Source: Candidatus Marinacidobacterales bacterium
Lineage (GTDB): Bacteria; Acidobacteriota; Vicinamibacteria; Marinacidobacterales; DATDRI01
NCBI GenBank assembly: GCA_965219415.1
Contig: CBDCNP010000002.1
Coordinates: 5,184,001-5,248,000, forward strand
DNA: 64,000 bases
Direction: 5' to 3'
Of this stretch, positions 62,784-64,000 are shown piece after piece. The position numbers and the translations under genes are program-made. The notes below the pieces were generated by a model, which was not told the DNA's origin, searched no databases, and was given only the letters and a program-made list of their open reading frames with translations. Each line of letters opens with the position of its first letter. Positions within the stretch are counted from its first letter, which is position 1.

Positions 62784-64000
62784 TTACTTACGACGGGCCC
62801 GGCTCAATTCCAGGTTGCGTCCCGGTACACGCTTGCGGGATACGCCGTACCGAGCAATCTTGTAGTGGAGGGCCCGCGGACTGATCCCGAGGATTCTCGC
62901 CGCCTTCTGACGGTGGTCGGTGACCTCTTCCAACGTCTTCCGGATCATGATTTCCTCCACCTTGCGCAGTGGCGTCCCGAGAGGAACGTAGATTTCCCGA
63001 GCGGTCCCATCGGAGCTCACCAATTCGGGCGGCAAATGCTCGGGGCGGATGGTGATCGAGTCCACGGTGACCGTCATCCGCTCGATCACGTTCCTCAGCT
63101 CACGTATATTGCCGGGCCAGCCATAGCGCATCAGGATCTCTAGAGCCTCTCGACTTAGCTTCTTGACCCGCTTTCGGTTCATCTGCGCGAATTCCTTCAA
63201 GAAACTGTCGGCGAGCAGAGGGATGTCTTCTCGCCGCTCGCGTAGGGACGGCAAGTGAATCGGCACCACCGCCAAGCGATAGTAGAGGTCCTGACGAAAA
63301 CGGCCGGCCTCGGCTTCCTCCTTCAAGTCCTTGTTAGTGGCGGCGATGATGCGGACATCGACCCGGATCGTCTTGTCGCCGCCCAGTCGCAACAGCTCTT
63401 TCTCCTGCAGCACCCTCAAGAACTCCACCTGCATCTTTGGGGTCATCTCGCCCACTTCGTCCAGAAGCAGGGTGCCGCCGTGGGCGAGCTCGATCCTTCC
63501 CGCCTTGGTTTCGACCGCGCCGGTGAAAGCTCCCCGCTCAAAACCGAAGAGCTCGCTCTCTAACAGCCCTTCGGGAAGCGCTCCGCAGTTGATCGTGACG
63601 AAAGGGCCATCTGGGCGATCTCCCCGCTTGTGGATCGCCTTGGCCACCAGTTCCTTCCCAGTACCACTTTCCCCGGTGAGAAGGACTGTGGCGTTGGTAG
63701 CGGCCACCTGAGAAGCCACTTCGTAGACTTCCGTGATGAGGCGGCTCTTCCCTACCACCTTGCCATACTCGTCTTTCAAGGACAGCCGTTGCCTGAGACT
63801 GCGATTCTCCTGGGCGAGGCGCCGCTTCTCGAGCGCCCGCTCCGCCAGGACCGAAAGTCTTGCGAGGTCGAGCGGCTTGAGAAGATAGTCATAGGCCCCC
63901 TCCCTCATCGCCTCCACCGCGGCCTCGATGGAGCCGTGAGAGGCGGTCACCATAACTTCGGTTTGGGGTGATTGCTGCTTGAGCTCCGCAAGGCGGTCCG
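62784..64000 (-). CDS. sigma54-dependent response regulator, NtrC family (5' end outside window)
   Basis: REC C-terminus (GAYDYLLKP), GESGTGKE, GAFTGA, WPGNIREL, Fis HTH. Confidence 0.95.
   Translation of the reverse strand, partial: DRLAELKQQSPQTEVMVTASHGSIEAAVEAMREGAYDYLLKPLDLARLSVLAERALEKRRLAQENRSLRQRLSLKDEYGKVVGKSRLITEVYEVASQVAATNATVLLTGESGTGKELVAKAIHKRGDRPDGPFVTINCGALPEGLLESELFGFERGAFTGAVETKAGRIELAHGGTLLLDEVGEMTPKMQVEFLRVLQEKELLRLGGDKTIRVDVRIIAATNKDLKEEAEAGRFRQDLYYRLAVVPIHLPSLRERREDIPLLADSFLKEFAQMNRKRVKKLSREALEILMRYGWPGNIRELRNVIERMTVTVDSITIRPEHLPPELVSSDGTAREIYVPLGTPLRKVEEIMIRKTLEEVTDHRQKAARILGISPRALHYKIARYGVSRKRVPGRNLELSRARRK

Overview
GC-rich bacterial chromosomal segment. Gene content and intergenic repeat style suggest Acidobacteriota; this is an inference. 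The backbone is housekeeping: murA (partial), lspA-lgt-rluD, pyrR-pyrB-pyrC, pyrE-truA, a double-length uvrA, uppS-cdsA-dxr-rseP, ddl, tgt-yajC-secD-secF, tonB-exbB-exbD-exbD, rel, ridA, rpmB, an Mrp/ApbC protein, 2-oxoacid:ferredoxin oxidoreductase and a partial sigma54 response regulator. Accessory or damaged parts are an IS256 that truncates a REC plus degenerate-GGDEF gene, a mazEF module, ada, and several pseudogenes (BlaR1/M56-HEAT, a membrane protein, an ABC exporter). The most notable signals lie outside the ORF track: (1) a self-contained unit with a promoter, an NrdR-like box, a ~230-nt leader and an 18-aa Lys-rich peptide; (2) a 58-aa basic ORF with its own promoter; (3) a ~360-nt structured leader before tonB; (4) a modular intergenic repeat family that includes a 59-bp tandem array and inverted copies flanking uvrA. 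No rRNA, tRNA or CRISPR was recognised.
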